Virus record (IMG/VR): IMGVR_UViG_2850037723_000002
Span: 22,211 to 86,210 of that record
Source of the DNA: a virus
Length of the DNA: 64,000 bases
Direction: 5' to 3' (one strand)
The number at the start of each line of letters is the position of its first letter. The first letter of the stretch is position 1. Below are positions 1 through 9,843 of this stretch, piece by piece. The notes under the pieces are model-generated. The model saw nothing but the letters and a program-made list of their open reading frames with translations, made no database searches and was not told the origin of the DNA. The translations under genes were made by a program, and so were the position numbers.

Positions 1-167
1 ACCGCCTTCGGCTCGAAACCGAGGAGGCGGCCGTAGAGTTCGTCGAGCGTGCGGGCGCCGATCGCATCGGAAAGGCGCGCGAGCCCGGAGAAGGTGACGG
101 CGATGCGGACGTCGATCGCACCGATGCGAACCTCCGCTTCGCCACGCAATGGGTTGGCAGGCAGCAT
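1..167 (-). CDS. Probable tail assembly chaperone (partial, runs off the window)
   Basis: Hand-translated MLPANPLRGEAEVRIGAIDVRIAVTFSGLARL...; lies directly after the tail tube gene. Confidence 0.5.
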   Translation of the reverse strand, partial: MLPANPLRGEAEVRIGAIDVRIAVTFSGLARLSDAIGARTLDELYGRLLGFEPKA

Positions 168-179
168 GAAGCTCTCCGT

Positions 180-590
180 TTAGACGGCGGGGACGAAGGT
201 GAGCGCACCAGTCATCGCGCAGCGAATGTCCGCCTGCAGCTCGTTGGTCTTGTCGCCGGAGAAGGTGATCGAGATCAGCATATCGCCTTCGAAGGTACCG
301 ACGCCGGGGACGGTGACTTGGTACTCGGTAATGACCTGGTTGATCGCGTCGGCGGCGACCGCCTTCATCACCGTGCTGCTGACGAAGGCACCCTGCCCGC
401 TGAAGCGGATCGACTGGATGCCGTACATCAGTGCCAGCGTCAGCTTGCTGCCGGGGTCGGCGCAGTTCGGTTTGGTGATGTCGATCTCCTCGTTGTTGAT
501 TTCGAGGGACCGCTGTTCGGTGATGCAGGCGAGTTCGAAGGCGCCCGCGCCATTCGAGCGGGCAATCGTAAGCTGACGGCCGAGAGCCAT
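180..590 (-). CDS. Phage tail tube (major tail) protein
   Basis: 136 aa, SLEINNEEIDIT...YQVTVPGVGTFEG pattern typical of siphophage/GTA tail tube proteins; gene order. Confidence 0.8.
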   Translation of the reverse strand: MALGRQLTIARSNGAGAFELACITEQRSLEINNEEIDITKPNCADPGSKLTLALMYGIQSIRFSGQGAFVSSTVMKAVAADAINQVITEYQVTVPGVGTFEGDMLISITFSGDKTNELQADIRCAMTGALTFVPAV

Positions 591-623
591 GGCAAAATCC
601 TCTTTGCTGGTGGGAGTGGCGGC

Positions 624-1088
624 CTAAAGCGCGACCTGCTCGGGATTGGCGGCGAGCGTCTTGTAGGCGATCTGGTAGTTGAGCGAACCGGCAAGCAGGG
701 AAATGCCGGTTTGCGGGTTCACGAAATACTGCTCCGACTGCAGCAGCGCTTCGATGGCTAGGCCGCCGAAGGTGATGTCCGCCGCCATGGCCTTTTCGAC
801 CAGCGTGCAGAGTCGGTCGAATTCCTCCTCGGGCTCATTGTCGCGCAGATGCATGACGATCGAGAGCGGCAGGGACCGGTCATAGCCGTCTTCGCCGGCC
901 GGTCCCGATGACGGACGAACCGTCAGGGTTTCGGAGCGGTCGGCCCAGGTGACGGTCAGCGCCGGCAGGTTTTCCTGCGGGATCGCGCCCTTGCGGCCGC
1001 GCTTCACCTTGTCCGCACCGGAGAACTCCGGAATAGCGGAGAGGCGGGTGACGACAGCCGCGAAGATCTGGCTGCGAAGGTGCGCCAT
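624..1088 (-). CDS. Probable tail terminator/completion protein
   Basis: MAHLRSQIFAAVVTRL...LPALTV; position between head-tail joining and tube genes. Confidence 0.6.
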   Translation of the reverse strand: MAHLRSQIFAAVVTRLSAIPEFSGADKVKRGRKGAIPQENLPALTVTWADRSETLTVRPSSGPAGEDGYDRSLPLSIVMHLRDNEPEEEFDRLCTLVEKAMAADITFGGLAIEALLQSEQYFVNPQTGISLLAGSLNYQIAYKTLAANPEQVAL

Positions 1089-1384
1089 CAGGAGACCGAG
1101 CGGCCGAGATCGCGGAGCGCCTGGCTCAACACTTCGGACGAGTAGCCAGCCTCGAGGATCTCGGTCCCGCCCTTGCCGGCATCCAGCAGGCGGCCGACGT
1201 CCGAACGGATGGCCGATCGCAGGCGCGACGGCAACTGCGGCCACGGCCGTTGCGTCATGGCGCCGACGGTCTGCCGAGCGGCCTTTTTCTTGGCACTCTC
1301 ATCCGCCGAGAACAGCGTCGCGCAGAGGTCCGCCATCGGGTCGACCGCGGCGGCCGACGCCGGTTCCTGTTCCTGTGTCTTCAT
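1088..1384 (-). CDS. Hypothetical phage protein
   Basis: ORF (MKTQEQEP...) tightly packed in the late operon. Confidence 0.5.
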   Translation of the reverse strand: MKTQEQEPASAAAVDPMADLCATLFSADESAKKKAARQTVGAMTQRPWPQLPSRLRSAIRSDVGRLLDAGKGGTEILEAGYSSEVLSQALRDLGRSVS

Positions 1385-1385
1385 G

Positions 1386-1712
1386 TCAGATGTCCCCGGA
1401 AAGAGAGATGCGGAGCATTGCACGCGCATCGTCGTCGATGTTGATGACCTGATAGGTGGCGCCGTCGATCGTCACGCTGTCGCGCTGGCTGGTGAGGCCG
1501 GGCGCCTTCGACGCAGGCACGGCGAGCAGATGGGTCGTGCCTTCGACCGCCTGATCCTGCTCCTCCACCAGGTCGGTCTCCCGCCACACTCTGAGGATGG
1601 CCCGAACGGCGGGCTGCGCGACACCGGCAATGGTGAACACGGCGTCGACGTTGCCGAAGGCGCCGGCGAACTTCGGCCCCATCCTTTCGAACATGGCGGG
1701 ACGCCGCGTCAT
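1386..1712 (-). CDS. Head-tail joining protein (FII-like)
   Basis: 108 aa ending DSVTIDGATYQVINIDDD...LRISL, typical of head closure proteins; gene order. Confidence 0.65.
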   Translation of the reverse strand: MTRRPAMFERMGPKFAGAFGNVDAVFTIAGVAQPAVRAILRVWRETDLVEEQDQAVEGTTHLLAVPASKAPGLTSQRDSVTIDGATYQVINIDDDARAMLRISLSGDI

Positions 1713-2113
1713 TTCGGGGCCGTCAGCTTTTCAACTTCGGCCTGGAGCTTTGTGACCTCGGCGGCCAGCGTCGCATTGTCCGCCTCGAGCTGCTCATTCT
1801 GCTTGAGGAGCGTGGTGCGATCACTGATCGCGCTGTCGCGTTCGGCGGTCAGCCGATCATTGTCGGCGGCAAGCCTGTCGTTCTCGGCCGAGAGCTTCTC
1901 AAGCCCCTCGCGGAGCTTGTCGAGGTCGACAGATGTCCCGGCGGCCGAGGCCTTGGCATCGGGACCGCCGGTCCACGCCCCAAAATTCGCGCGGAGATTT
2001 TCCGCTTCCTCTGCCGAAAGGCCGCCGGTACCGACCGGAACCGGCTCGCCAGGCTTGTACGATTTATCGCCGATCTTCACGGTCACGTTGAACTTCTCGG
2101 TTTTCTTGCTCAT
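1709..2113 (-). CDS. Hypothetical phage protein with C-terminal coiled coil
   Basis: Heptad repeats (LSAENDRLAADNDRLTAERD); immediately after the capsid gene. Confidence 0.6.
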   Translation of the reverse strand: MSKKTEKFNVTVKIGDKSYKPGEPVPVGTGGLSAEEAENLRANFGAWTGGPDAKASAAGTSVDLDKLREGLEKLSAENDRLAADNDRLTAERDSAISDRTTLLKQNEQLEADNATLAAEVTKLQAEVEKLTAPK

Positions 2114-2188
2114 CAGAGCATCCTTTCAAGACCCGGTACCCGCCGGTCGAGACCGGCGGATATGCGGGCAGCGGGGTTGGTAGGAGGA

Positions 2189-3220
2189 TTAGCGGACCAG
2201 CGCGAAGAGGCTGGCGTCGGGCTCCGGAGCGATCGGGAGCGGCGCCGCCTGCGTCTGAACGATGGTTCGCGACGGGTTGCGTTCCCGCCACATGTCGGGG
2301 AAGCGCTCCATCGCCAGAAGCGCATCGTTGTCTAGGATCGCTCCGTAAGCGAAGTGGCCCATGAAGCCGAACGGGTCGAGGATCCCGACCCCGTACGACG
2401 GCCAGAAATTGTTCCGGACGCCGGCGACGGTGTAGGGCTGCGAATACTGGACGAAGGTCAGCTCGCCGATCGTGCCGAGCACCGCATAATACTTGTTCTC
2501 CGCGCCGGTGCTGACCGGGCCGAGCTGCATGATGCCGCCGTCCTGGCGTCGATTGTCGAGCGCCTCGAGGAACCGCAGCGACTTCTTGAGGAGACCCGCA
2601 GCGCCGGGACCGAGCAGAACCTCGCGAGCGGTGAAGCCGCTGGTGTCGGAGAGGAGCTGCACCCACTCGTCGATGTCATCCATCGGGTCCACGCCGACTT
2701 CGCCCCAGCGAGCGGCGCCGGCGAGTGCGATCGTCAGCGCCGCATTGCGGCCGGAATTGATCGTCTGCGTCGGATAGTCCTCGCCTTGGACGATGACCTG
2801 GCCCGTGCGCAGGACCTGCGAGCACATGAATTCCTCGCGCCGGGTAATGCGCTGGTCCTGGTCGTCGATGATCGTCGCCAGATTGTACGCATAGCGCTGC
2901 GCCGGCGAGTTGCGGCCGCCGATCGGCTCGCCCGGCATGCGGATCATGTTGCCGTTCGGGCGCAGCGTATTCTGCGGCTTCACGTAGGCCGGCGTGAAGC
3001 TGGTGGCCTTGAAGCCGCGGTTGGCCGAGTCCTTGCCCGGCACGTCCGGGTGAACGAACGGCGCAAGCTCGCGATCCGGCAGGATCTTGTCGAAGACGAT
3101 CTCTTCCATGTCGGAGAGAACGGTCGTCGAGAAGTAGCGATCGCGCAGAAACGCTTCGGGGCGATCGCGGGGAGGCAGAACGGCGACGAGTTCTGCGGTG
3201 GAGAGGAGCAATTCTTCCAT
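2189..3220 (-). CDS. Major capsid protein, lambda gpE family
   Basis: 343 aa; LAPFVHP, FTPAYVKP, RITRREEFMCSQVLRTG and QTQAAPLP motifs; follows the decoration protein. Confidence 0.92.
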   Translation of the reverse strand: MEELLLSTAELVAVLPPRDRPEAFLRDRYFSTTVLSDMEEIVFDKILPDRELAPFVHPDVPGKDSANRGFKATSFTPAYVKPQNTLRPNGNMIRMPGEPIGGRNSPAQRYAYNLATIIDDQDQRITRREEFMCSQVLRTGQVIVQGEDYPTQTINSGRNAALTIALAGAARWGEVGVDPMDDIDEWVQLLSDTSGFTAREVLLGPGAAGLLKKSLRFLEALDNRRQDGGIMQLGPVSTGAENKYYAVLGTIGELTFVQYSQPYTVAGVRNNFWPSYGVGILDPFGFMGHFAYGAILDNDALLAMERFPDMWRERNPSRTIVQTQAAPLPIAPEPDASLFALVR

Positions 3221-3245
3221 GTGTGGTGCCCTTTCGGTCTCTGCC

Positions 3246-3602
3246 TTACTTCAGGACGCGCACGTAGAGGGGAGCGCTTGCCTCGCGGAAAGCGGCCTCG
3301 ACGGTTGCGGCCGTGTGTCCGGCGCCAAGGATGAGTTTCGTCGAATCGAAGGCGCCGCTCGCGTAGGCCGCGGCGACGACATCGGCTGCGGAGGCGTCCA
3401 CGTCAAAAGCGAGGACCAGCGAGGGAATCTCGGACCCGTCAGCCGCCGCGGCGGCCGAGAGGACGTATTTGTCCGACGCGGTGATGGCGCCGAGGACGGC
3501 GCCGCGCTTGAGGTCCTGGCCGCTGGCAATGGTGATGTTGCGCGTGATGACCGGAACGTCGGAGACGAGCAGGTCGTTCGGGGCGAAGCTTGCTTCTGCC
3601 AT
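3246..3602 (-). CDS. Head decoration protein, lambda gpD family
   Basis: ITIASGQDLKRGAVLG...ADGSE...YASGAF motif; gene order. Confidence 0.85.
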   Translation of the reverse strand: MAEASFAPNDLLVSDVPVITRNITIASGQDLKRGAVLGAITASDKYVLSAAAAADGSEIPSLVLAFDVDASAADVVAAAYASGAFDSTKLILGAGHTAATVEAAFREASAPLYVRVLK

Positions 3603-3604
3603 GA

Positions 3605-4147
3605 TCAGGAGTCCTTCCGGTTGCGGCCATGACGGGCCTGGATGGTGGAGCGGACGGTCGCGATGACCGCCTGTTTCTCGCTGGCCTTGCCGCCGCCGGG
3701 GGTGCCGGCGCCGAGGGTCGGGCTCTTGCCGGCCATACGATCGGCGAGGCGCGAACCGCCGGCGGAGGCGGAGTTGAGAAGCGCGCCCGCTTCATTGGCC
3801 GAATAGAAGCGCGAGCCGAAGGCAAGTTCGGCGGCGAGGCCGGGATTGCTCTCCGCCTTCGGATGCGTGAGGATCGCCTTGATCCGACCCTGCTCGGCGC
3901 GGCGGATCGCGCTGGCCGAGGTTTTGCCGTCGCCGGTCTCTTCTTCCTCGGTCTCGGCGCTGGTGTTGTCTTCGCCGGTCTCGCTCTCCGGACCGGAAGG
4001 GGTATCCTCGGCGGACGTCTCTTCCTCTTCGGTTTCGATCACTTCCTCGTCTTCCGGCCGCTCGTCTTCCAGCCGGGAGCCCTTCTTGCCGCTAATCGCG
4101 GCGAGCACGCTCCGCGTGAGCGCGCTGCTACGCGTCAAGTTCGACAT
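3605..4147 (-). CDS. Probable capsid scaffolding protein (Nu3-like position)
   Basis: Acidic low-complexity N-half plus AEQGRIKAILTHP; lies between protease and decoration genes. Confidence 0.55.
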   Translation of the reverse strand: MSNLTRSSALTRSVLAAISGKKGSRLEDERPEDEEVIETEEEETSAEDTPSGPESETGEDNTSAETEEEETGDGKTSASAIRRAEQGRIKAILTHPKAESNPGLAAELAFGSRFYSANEAGALLNSASAGGSRLADRMAGKSPTLGAGTPGGGKASEKQAVIATVRSTIQARHGRNRKDS

Positions 4148-4171
4148 CGTCGTCTCCAGTTGATGTTGGGG

Positions 4172-5056
4172 TTAGCCGGCTGTCCGGCCCAGTTCAGCTT
4201 CGAAGGCTTCGAGAACCTGCGAAGGGCGTGCAACCGCGTCGGCGAGGCCGGCATCAACCGCCTTCTGTCCGCGATAGACCCGCGCCTCGGTGGCGAGAGC
4301 GGATTGCTGTGTCAGCCGACCGGCGCGGTACCGCGCCACGGTCGCTGCGAATTCGACGCGTAGCTCTTCGAGCTCCGCCAGTTCCTGCTGAAGCACATCC
4401 TCCGGGATGGCTTCATACGGGTTGAAGTCTGCCTTGTGCTCGCCTGCCTTCAGGATCGTGACCTTGAGGCCTTCCTTCGCGAGCCAGGCGCTCATGTCGA
4501 CGTGCATCGAGATGACACCGATCGAACCGCAAATGCCGGTCTGCGGGATCACCAACTGACGGGCCGCAGACGCGAGCAGATAGCCTGCCGAGCAAGCATG
4601 ATCCGTCAAAACGGCTATGGTGGGCTTCACCTGCGACAACTCATAGAGCCGCTCGGCGCAGTCAAACGCACCGGTCACTTCGCCTCCGAAGCAATCGACT
4701 TCGTAGATCACACCACGGACCGACGGATCTTTCTCGATCATATTCGCCTGAGAAATGATACCTTCGTAACTGGTCAGCCCGGATGACTTGCCGATCCATT
4801 TCCCCTTATTGACCAGCGATCCTTCGATATCGATGAACGCGATGCCGTTTTGCTCGCGCAGGTCGCGGTCCTCGACCCACTCTCCCAGAGGGTCACCGAC
4901 CAGCCCCATCTGTTCGCCGCCGACAACATGCGCGGTGGCGTGAGGCTGGCCCAGAACGCGAGGGCCGAAGGCCCGCGCAATGATGTCGCCCTTTGACGGA
5001 TGCAGCATCAGCGGCGTGCCGAACATCCGACTGGCGATTTCGGGATAGTTCCTCAT
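4172..5056 (-). CDS. Head maturation protease, S49 family (lambda gpC-like)
   Basis: DCFGGEV, ACSAGYLLAS, GSIGV and AVDAGLAD motifs. Confidence 0.9.
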   Translation of the reverse strand: MRNYPEIASRMFGTPLMLHPSKGDIIARAFGPRVLGQPHATAHVVGGEQMGLVGDPLGEWVEDRDLREQNGIAFIDIEGSLVNKGKWIGKSSGLTSYEGIISQANMIEKDPSVRGVIYEVDCFGGEVTGAFDCAERLYELSQVKPTIAVLTDHACSAGYLLASAARQLVIPQTGICGSIGVISMHVDMSAWLAKEGLKVTILKAGEHKADFNPYEAIPEDVLQQELAELEELRVEFAATVARYRAGRLTQQSALATEARVYRGQKAVDAGLADAVARPSQVLEAFEAELGRTAG

Positions 5057-6777
5057 GCCGTTTTCCTTCTGGCAATGCGCGGGATGCCGGCAGGATGCCG
5101 ACGCGCCGCGGCGCGGCCGTTGACCTCTTCCTCGGCCTCTTCGCCGGGTTCCGCCGCCGGAGCGGCGCTCGCCTGAGACCGCGCCTCCGGTTTGCCGGGA
5201 TCGGGATCAAGGCCGAGACGCTCGTAGAAGGCTTTTTCCCGGGCGCGCTGCTGCGCATCCATTTTCCAGTCCCGCCCCTGCTCGGCCGCTTCCTGCTGGA
5301 GCGTAGTCAGATTGCCGGCGAGCCGCTCGCTGGCAGCCTGTGCCTCGCGCAGCGGATCGATCCAGCCACGGCCGGGGCCGATCCAGTCCGCATGGCACCA
5401 GGCGGCCGTGTTCTGCTCAAAGGGAACGGCACCCGACGGGAGCTCGATCAGCCCCTTGTCGAACACCTCCTCGAGCCATGCCCGATAGATCGGCGCCATG
5501 AACTGCGAGGCAAATCCGCCCTTCTTGGCGGTGAAGCCGCGCCAGATTTCGAGCAGAGCGGCGCGCGCCGACGAATAGTTCACCTGGCTCCAATCCATGG
5601 TGAGTTGCTCGTAGGTGACGCCGATCGCGCTCGCGACCTTGCGCAGCGCGGCATTGACGAAGGCCTCGAAATTGGCGTTCGGATGCTCCGGCTTGGTCAG
5701 CGTCGCCTTTTCGCCGGGCTGCAGCGTGTTGATGCGGACGCCGGGCAAGTCGATCGGTGCGGCGCCATAATAGGCCTTCTGCGCGGCCGACATTTCGCCG
5801 TAGAGCTTGGCGACGCCGTCGCTGCCATATTCCGCGCCCATCGCATCCAGCAGCTCTTCGGGATCGAAGGGCGTTTCGATGAAGGCGGCCATGACGGCGT
5901 TCAGCATTGCCGCCTGGCTCTCATAGTCTTCATAGTCGGTCGACTGCTTGATCGACCGCATGACCGGCGCCCAGTCGGAAACGCCGCGGGTCATGCCGGC
6001 CCGCTTCTGCTCGTAGGCGTGCACGACGATCGGGCGCCCCCATTCGGTCTCGCGCTCGACATACTCCCACCGCCACAGTCCCATATTGCCGGCGAAGACT
6101 TCGCCGGGATGCGACTTGCGGAAGTGATAGCCGATCGGCGCCCCGTAGCCGTCTATGGCGACACCGTCGCGCAGGAATTCTTCATCCATGCGGCCGTTCG
6201 GATTGGAGCACCGGGCCGGATCGATGACATGCACCGCCGTCTGGAACAGCGGCGCGCTGTCCTGCCAGACGACGACACCGAAGGCCTCACCCTCGGGGCC
6301 GAACCGTTGGCGCGCTGCGAGGCCAAGAATGCCGGCCATCGTCTTCGTCCGCTCGGCGTCGCACCATTTGTCGACGTCCTGCGTGTAGTCGCGCCACAGA
6401 GCCTCGATCTTGTCGGCGATTTCCTCCGCCTGCTCGAAGGTCATGTTGAGCGACACATGGTTCGGCCGGGCGGCCAGCGTCCAGCCGGAACCGATGATGT
6501 TGTCGACGAGGCGCGAGGTGCCGGCGGCACCCCAGCCGTCATTGCGCGCAACGTCGTTCAACCGATCGACGAGTTCGCTCCGCGACCAGGTCAGCGCCGA
6601 CTGCCCGGACCATGTGCCCGGCCGCCACTTGGCGAAGGACGGATGGTCGTAGGAAGCGCCCTGGTAGGCCGAGGACGCCATCAGCCGGTTCTTCGCGACC
6701 TGTGCGCGGGCCGCTGCGCGCGTGGCTGGCGATAAGGGCTTTGCGTCTGGGCCGAGGATCGTCACTTCGCCGCTCAT
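5053..6777 (-). CDS. Portal protein, lambda family
   Basis: 574 aa; ARNDGW, TRGVS, YEQLTMDWSQVNYSSARA and WIDPLRE motifs. Confidence 0.93.
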   Translation of the reverse strand: MSGEVTILGPDAKPLSPATRAAARAQVAKNRLMASSAYQGASYDHPSFAKWRPGTWSGQSALTWSRSELVDRLNDVARNDGWGAAGTSRLVDNIIGSGWTLAARPNHVSLNMTFEQAEEIADKIEALWRDYTQDVDKWCDAERTKTMAGILGLAARQRFGPEGEAFGVVVWQDSAPLFQTAVHVIDPARCSNPNGRMDEEFLRDGVAIDGYGAPIGYHFRKSHPGEVFAGNMGLWRWEYVERETEWGRPIVVHAYEQKRAGMTRGVSDWAPVMRSIKQSTDYEDYESQAAMLNAVMAAFIETPFDPEELLDAMGAEYGSDGVAKLYGEMSAAQKAYYGAAPIDLPGVRINTLQPGEKATLTKPEHPNANFEAFVNAALRKVASAIGVTYEQLTMDWSQVNYSSARAALLEIWRGFTAKKGGFASQFMAPIYRAWLEEVFDKGLIELPSGAVPFEQNTAAWCHADWIGPGRGWIDPLREAQAASERLAGNLTTLQQEAAEQGRDWKMDAQQRAREKAFYERLGLDPDPGKPEARSQASAAPAAEPGEEAEEEVNGRAAARRHPAGIPRIARRKTA

Positions 6778-7010
6778 CCGAAGATCACTCCCCGGCTGCG
6801 CGCCCGCGCGAACTGGCGAAGCCCAAGCTGCGCTTCGAGGTCGCGGACATACTGGCGCAACGCGCCGATGTTCGTTGCGGCATAGGTCACGCTCTCGCCG
6901 TTATAGCTGAGAGAGACCTCGGCGCGGCCGATCTCCATCTGGTGCAAGGCCTCACGCGCTTCGGCGAGCTGTGCCTGCAGCACGGCCCGTTCCTGTTCGG
7001 TCAATGCCAT
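6774..7010 (-). CDS. gpW-like head completion protein
   Basis: 78 aa, LAEAREALHQMEIG...YNGESVTY...LRQYVRDLEAQLG; between terL and portal. Confidence 0.85.
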   Translation of the reverse strand: MALTEQERAVLQAQLAEAREALHQMEIGRAEVSLSYNGESVTYAATNIGALRQYVRDLEAQLGLRQFARARSRGVIFG

Positions 7011-7067
7011 TTGGATGTTCCTAGCGGTTCCGCTGCGCTGCCCGGGCGGCACGCGCGAGGGCGGCAG

Positions 7068-9062
7068 CTACGAGCGGCGATTGCTGTTCTGCCGCGGCGT
7101 TTTGGCTTGCGGCAGTTCGGTCTTGACGGCGATCTGGTTCAGATGATCCTCGAGATCGCCCTGCGGCGGCGCCTCGAGGCGCCCGAGGCGATCGGCGATC
7201 GCGTCCCATTCCTCATCGGTCCAGTAGGGCACGCCCCAGCGATAAGCACCGGCCAGGCTCTGGTTGAGCATGTCGATGATCTCGTTGCGCCTACCCTCGG
7301 ACAGCTTCCAGACGTAGCGGGTGTGACCGCTCCGGGTCTTCTCCGGCACGCGGCTCTCCGACGTCGCCTGCTGGTAGAAATCGTCTCCGAAGCCGCGGGC
7401 GAAACGGATGTAGCCCGCCTGTTCCGGATCGTCCTTCTTGTAGTCCCGATAGAGCCGGAGCTTGAAGGCAGAAGCATTGAAGGTGAAGAAGCGGGAGGAC
7501 CACTTCTGCTTTTTCGGCTTGCCCTTTCGGTCGTACTCCTTCGTCTGCACGATCGGGGGCGCCGCTTCGGTATTGCCGCCGCGCACCATGATGACGCGCG
7601 ACTTCGGATGCTTGCGAACCCAGTTCCAGACATCGTCGGTATAGGCATTGCCGTCGATGGCGACACGGTCAGCGGTGCGCTTGCGGCCGGCATCGTCGAG
7701 CCATTCGCGCTGCAGCAGCCGATCGAGGGCGGCGCGAACCTCCGGTTCCGATATGTGACCGGAATGCTCCTTGGCGTCCGCCAGGTGACTGCCGGCACGA
7801 CTGTCGATGACGCCGTGATCGATGACGGCCCGGTACCGATTCCGGCCGTAGCCGACGAGCAGCCATTCGACGCGGTCACCCTGCACGTCCAGGCCGAGCA
7901 CCAGGGCGAGCGCCTCGGCCGGAATGACACCGCGAGCGAAGCCCTGCTCCTCGGCGCGATCGCGGAGCACCTCCCAGTCGATCGCCTTGTTGTCCGCCTC
8001 GTAGGCGAGGCCGAGCCAATCGTTGTAGAACGTCTGCTCGGCGCCGGAGCCCTTTTCGCGGTTCTCCGGGCCGCCGGCCTGGACCGTCAGCCACTCGCGC
8101 ACCAGGTTCTCCCAGCGCTCGAACGGCGAATAGGCCATCCAGATGCGGAAGGATCGATGGCGACGGCCACGCTCCGGATACTTGGCAACCCACTTGGCCC
8201 CGTTTTCCGGCTTCACCATCCATTCGCGATGGTGCTCATGGATCTCGCAACCACAACGGATACAGACGAAATGCGCCTGCTCGGGATGCGCGGGATCGAT
8301 ATGATCGCGCATGTTCTCCCAGCGCAGCTCCTGCAGCTCGTGGCAGTGCGGGCACGGAACGTGATAGGTCTCCTGCGTCCCTTCCTGATAGTTCGCCGTG
8401 ATCTTGCAGCCGGGCGAAACCATCGGCGTCGAGATCTTGAAGACCTTGGCGTTGAAAAACGCCTTGCTGCGGCTGTCCGCCTGAACTTCCGGGTCACCGG
8501 CTTCATTCATCTGCCACTTGGCAAGGTCGTCCTGGACCTGCTTTCGCGGCGAGATCATCGACAGGCCCGCCGGCGAGTTGGCACCTGCCGCCTGAATTGC
8601 GCCACGCCCGTCGATGCGTTCCTTGTAGAGTACCGAGTTGCTGGCATCGCGGCTGTTCTGCGAGAACAATTTAGCGATCTCTGGCATCTCGCGCACCAGC
8701 GGCATCAGCTTGGTCTTCGACCAGCGGGCGGCGTTCTCCTCCGTCGGGTGGACATAGAGGAAGTCGCCGGGCGCCATGTCGAGGGAGCCGAGCGTGAAGA
8801 TGTTGGCGCAGATGGTGCCGCCGATCTGCGCCGACTTCGCGAGGCTCACGATGTTGCACGGATCTTCAGGCGACAGCGCCCGCAGGATCTCTGAGAAGAA
8901 CGGCACCAGGTCTTCGTTGTACGGCCCAGGATGATCCGTGATGCGTTCCGAGAACACGATGTTCCGCTTCGCCCAGTCGAGATAGTCGACCGGTGGCGGC
9001 GGTTCGCATATCTCGGCCAGCACGCTTAGAGCAAGCCGCTCGGGATTGAACAGCACGGTCAT
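7068..9062 (-). CDS. Terminase large subunit, lambda gpA family
   Basis: KSAQIGGT Walker A, ISTP, VPCPHC, GLDVQ nuclease motif. Confidence 0.93.
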   Translation of the reverse strand: MTVLFNPERLALSVLAEICEPPPPVDYLDWAKRNIVFSERITDHPGPYNEDLVPFFSEILRALSPEDPCNIVSLAKSAQIGGTICANIFTLGSLDMAPGDFLYVHPTEENAARWSKTKLMPLVREMPEIAKLFSQNSRDASNSVLYKERIDGRGAIQAAGANSPAGLSMISPRKQVQDDLAKWQMNEAGDPEVQADSRSKAFFNAKVFKISTPMVSPGCKITANYQEGTQETYHVPCPHCHELQELRWENMRDHIDPAHPEQAHFVCIRCGCEIHEHHREWMVKPENGAKWVAKYPERGRRHRSFRIWMAYSPFERWENLVREWLTVQAGGPENREKGSGAEQTFYNDWLGLAYEADNKAIDWEVLRDRAEEQGFARGVIPAEALALVLGLDVQGDRVEWLLVGYGRNRYRAVIDHGVIDSRAGSHLADAKEHSGHISEPEVRAALDRLLQREWLDDAGRKRTADRVAIDGNAYTDDVWNWVRKHPKSRVIMVRGGNTEAAPPIVQTKEYDRKGKPKKQKWSSRFFTFNASAFKLRLYRDYKKDDPEQAGYIRFARGFGDDFYQQATSESRVPEKTRSGHTRYVWKLSEGRRNEIIDMLNQSLAGAYRWGVPYWTDEEWDAIADRLGRLEAPPQGDLEDHLNQIAVKTELPQAKTPRQNSNRRS

Positions 9063-9694
9063 TGCTGCTCGTCCTCGACATGCTCGTCCAGCTCGGCCGC
9101 TGCGGCGGCAAAGTCCCGCGCCTTCTTCGCCCGATGGTCCCGAAAGGCTTTCAGCAGCACATGGGTCGCATCATGGGTCGAAACCGAGAACTGGGCGGCT
9201 ATCGCCTTCGCCATCTCGGGGATGCCCTGCTCCATGACCTTGAACGCCTCGGCCACGGCCTTGACCATCTCTCGCCTGGCGGCGTCGGTCAGCATGTACC
9301 GGCCGAGCTCGAGCGCTTCCTCACGCTCCATGCGTGCCGTCGTGATCTTCTGCTGCTTCAGCTTCTCCGCCGCGACCTCGTCGATGAACGGATCGACAAT
9401 GACGGTCGGCTTCACAGGCGCCTTCGGCTTCTCATCGACCGACAGCTCGGAAGCGACTGGCGCCGGCGCCGAGCGCGTCGCCGTGCCATTTGCACCGAAC
9501 CGCTGCGACGGATCGAGGGTCTTGCGCAGCTGCTCGACCGCAACCGATGCGCGGATCTTCGCGTTGCGCCCCTCGCCTTCGAGCGCATCGCCGAAGATCT
9601 TCCGCTCGGCAATGTACTGCGAGATGCGCCCGGCACTGACGCCGACATGAGCCGCAAACGCGCTCTTCGTCATGATGTCAGCTGCAAGGCTCAT
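9059..9694 (-). CDS. Terminase small subunit (Nu1-like)
   Basis: N-terminal HTH (MTKSAFAAHVGVSAGRISQYI); directly upstream of terL with a 4-nt overlap. Confidence 0.75.
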   Translation of the reverse strand: MSLAADIMTKSAFAAHVGVSAGRISQYIAERKIFGDALEGEGRNAKIRASVAVEQLRKTLDPSQRFGANGTATRSAPAPVASELSVDEKPKAPVKPTVIVDPFIDEVAAEKLKQQKITTARMEREEALELGRYMLTDAARREMVKAVAEAFKVMEQGIPEMAKAIAAQFSVSTHDATHVLLKAFRDHRAKKARDFAAAAAELDEHVEDEQQ

Positions 9695-9825
9695 CTTTAG
9701 GAACGCTCGTTCTTTAGCCCGGCTCTTTAGTTTAGGCTCTGACTTTAGGCTTCAAAAAATCGCTCAGACTGGGCAACCTCCGCGGTGCCAAATACCCGCA
9801 GGCGGGCGGATGCCAGGAAGGACCC
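9695..9825 (-). other. Putative lambda-like cos site (cosQ-cosN-cosB)
   Basis: Minus strand: GGGTCCT (9825-9819, same as lambda cosQ), then dyad CTGCG-GGTATTTGGCAC-CGCGG (9801-9780), then five (C)TTTAG repeats (9695-9748) upstream of terS. Confidence 0.65.
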
Positions 9826-9843
9826 GCGAGCGATGGCGTCCGC

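Noticed and set aside
4993..8894. Long plus-strand ORFs (580 and 760 aa) opposite portal and terL, and similar shadows elsewhere
   Set aside because: Antisense or off-frame shadows of well-supported GC-rich genes with no recognisable motifs
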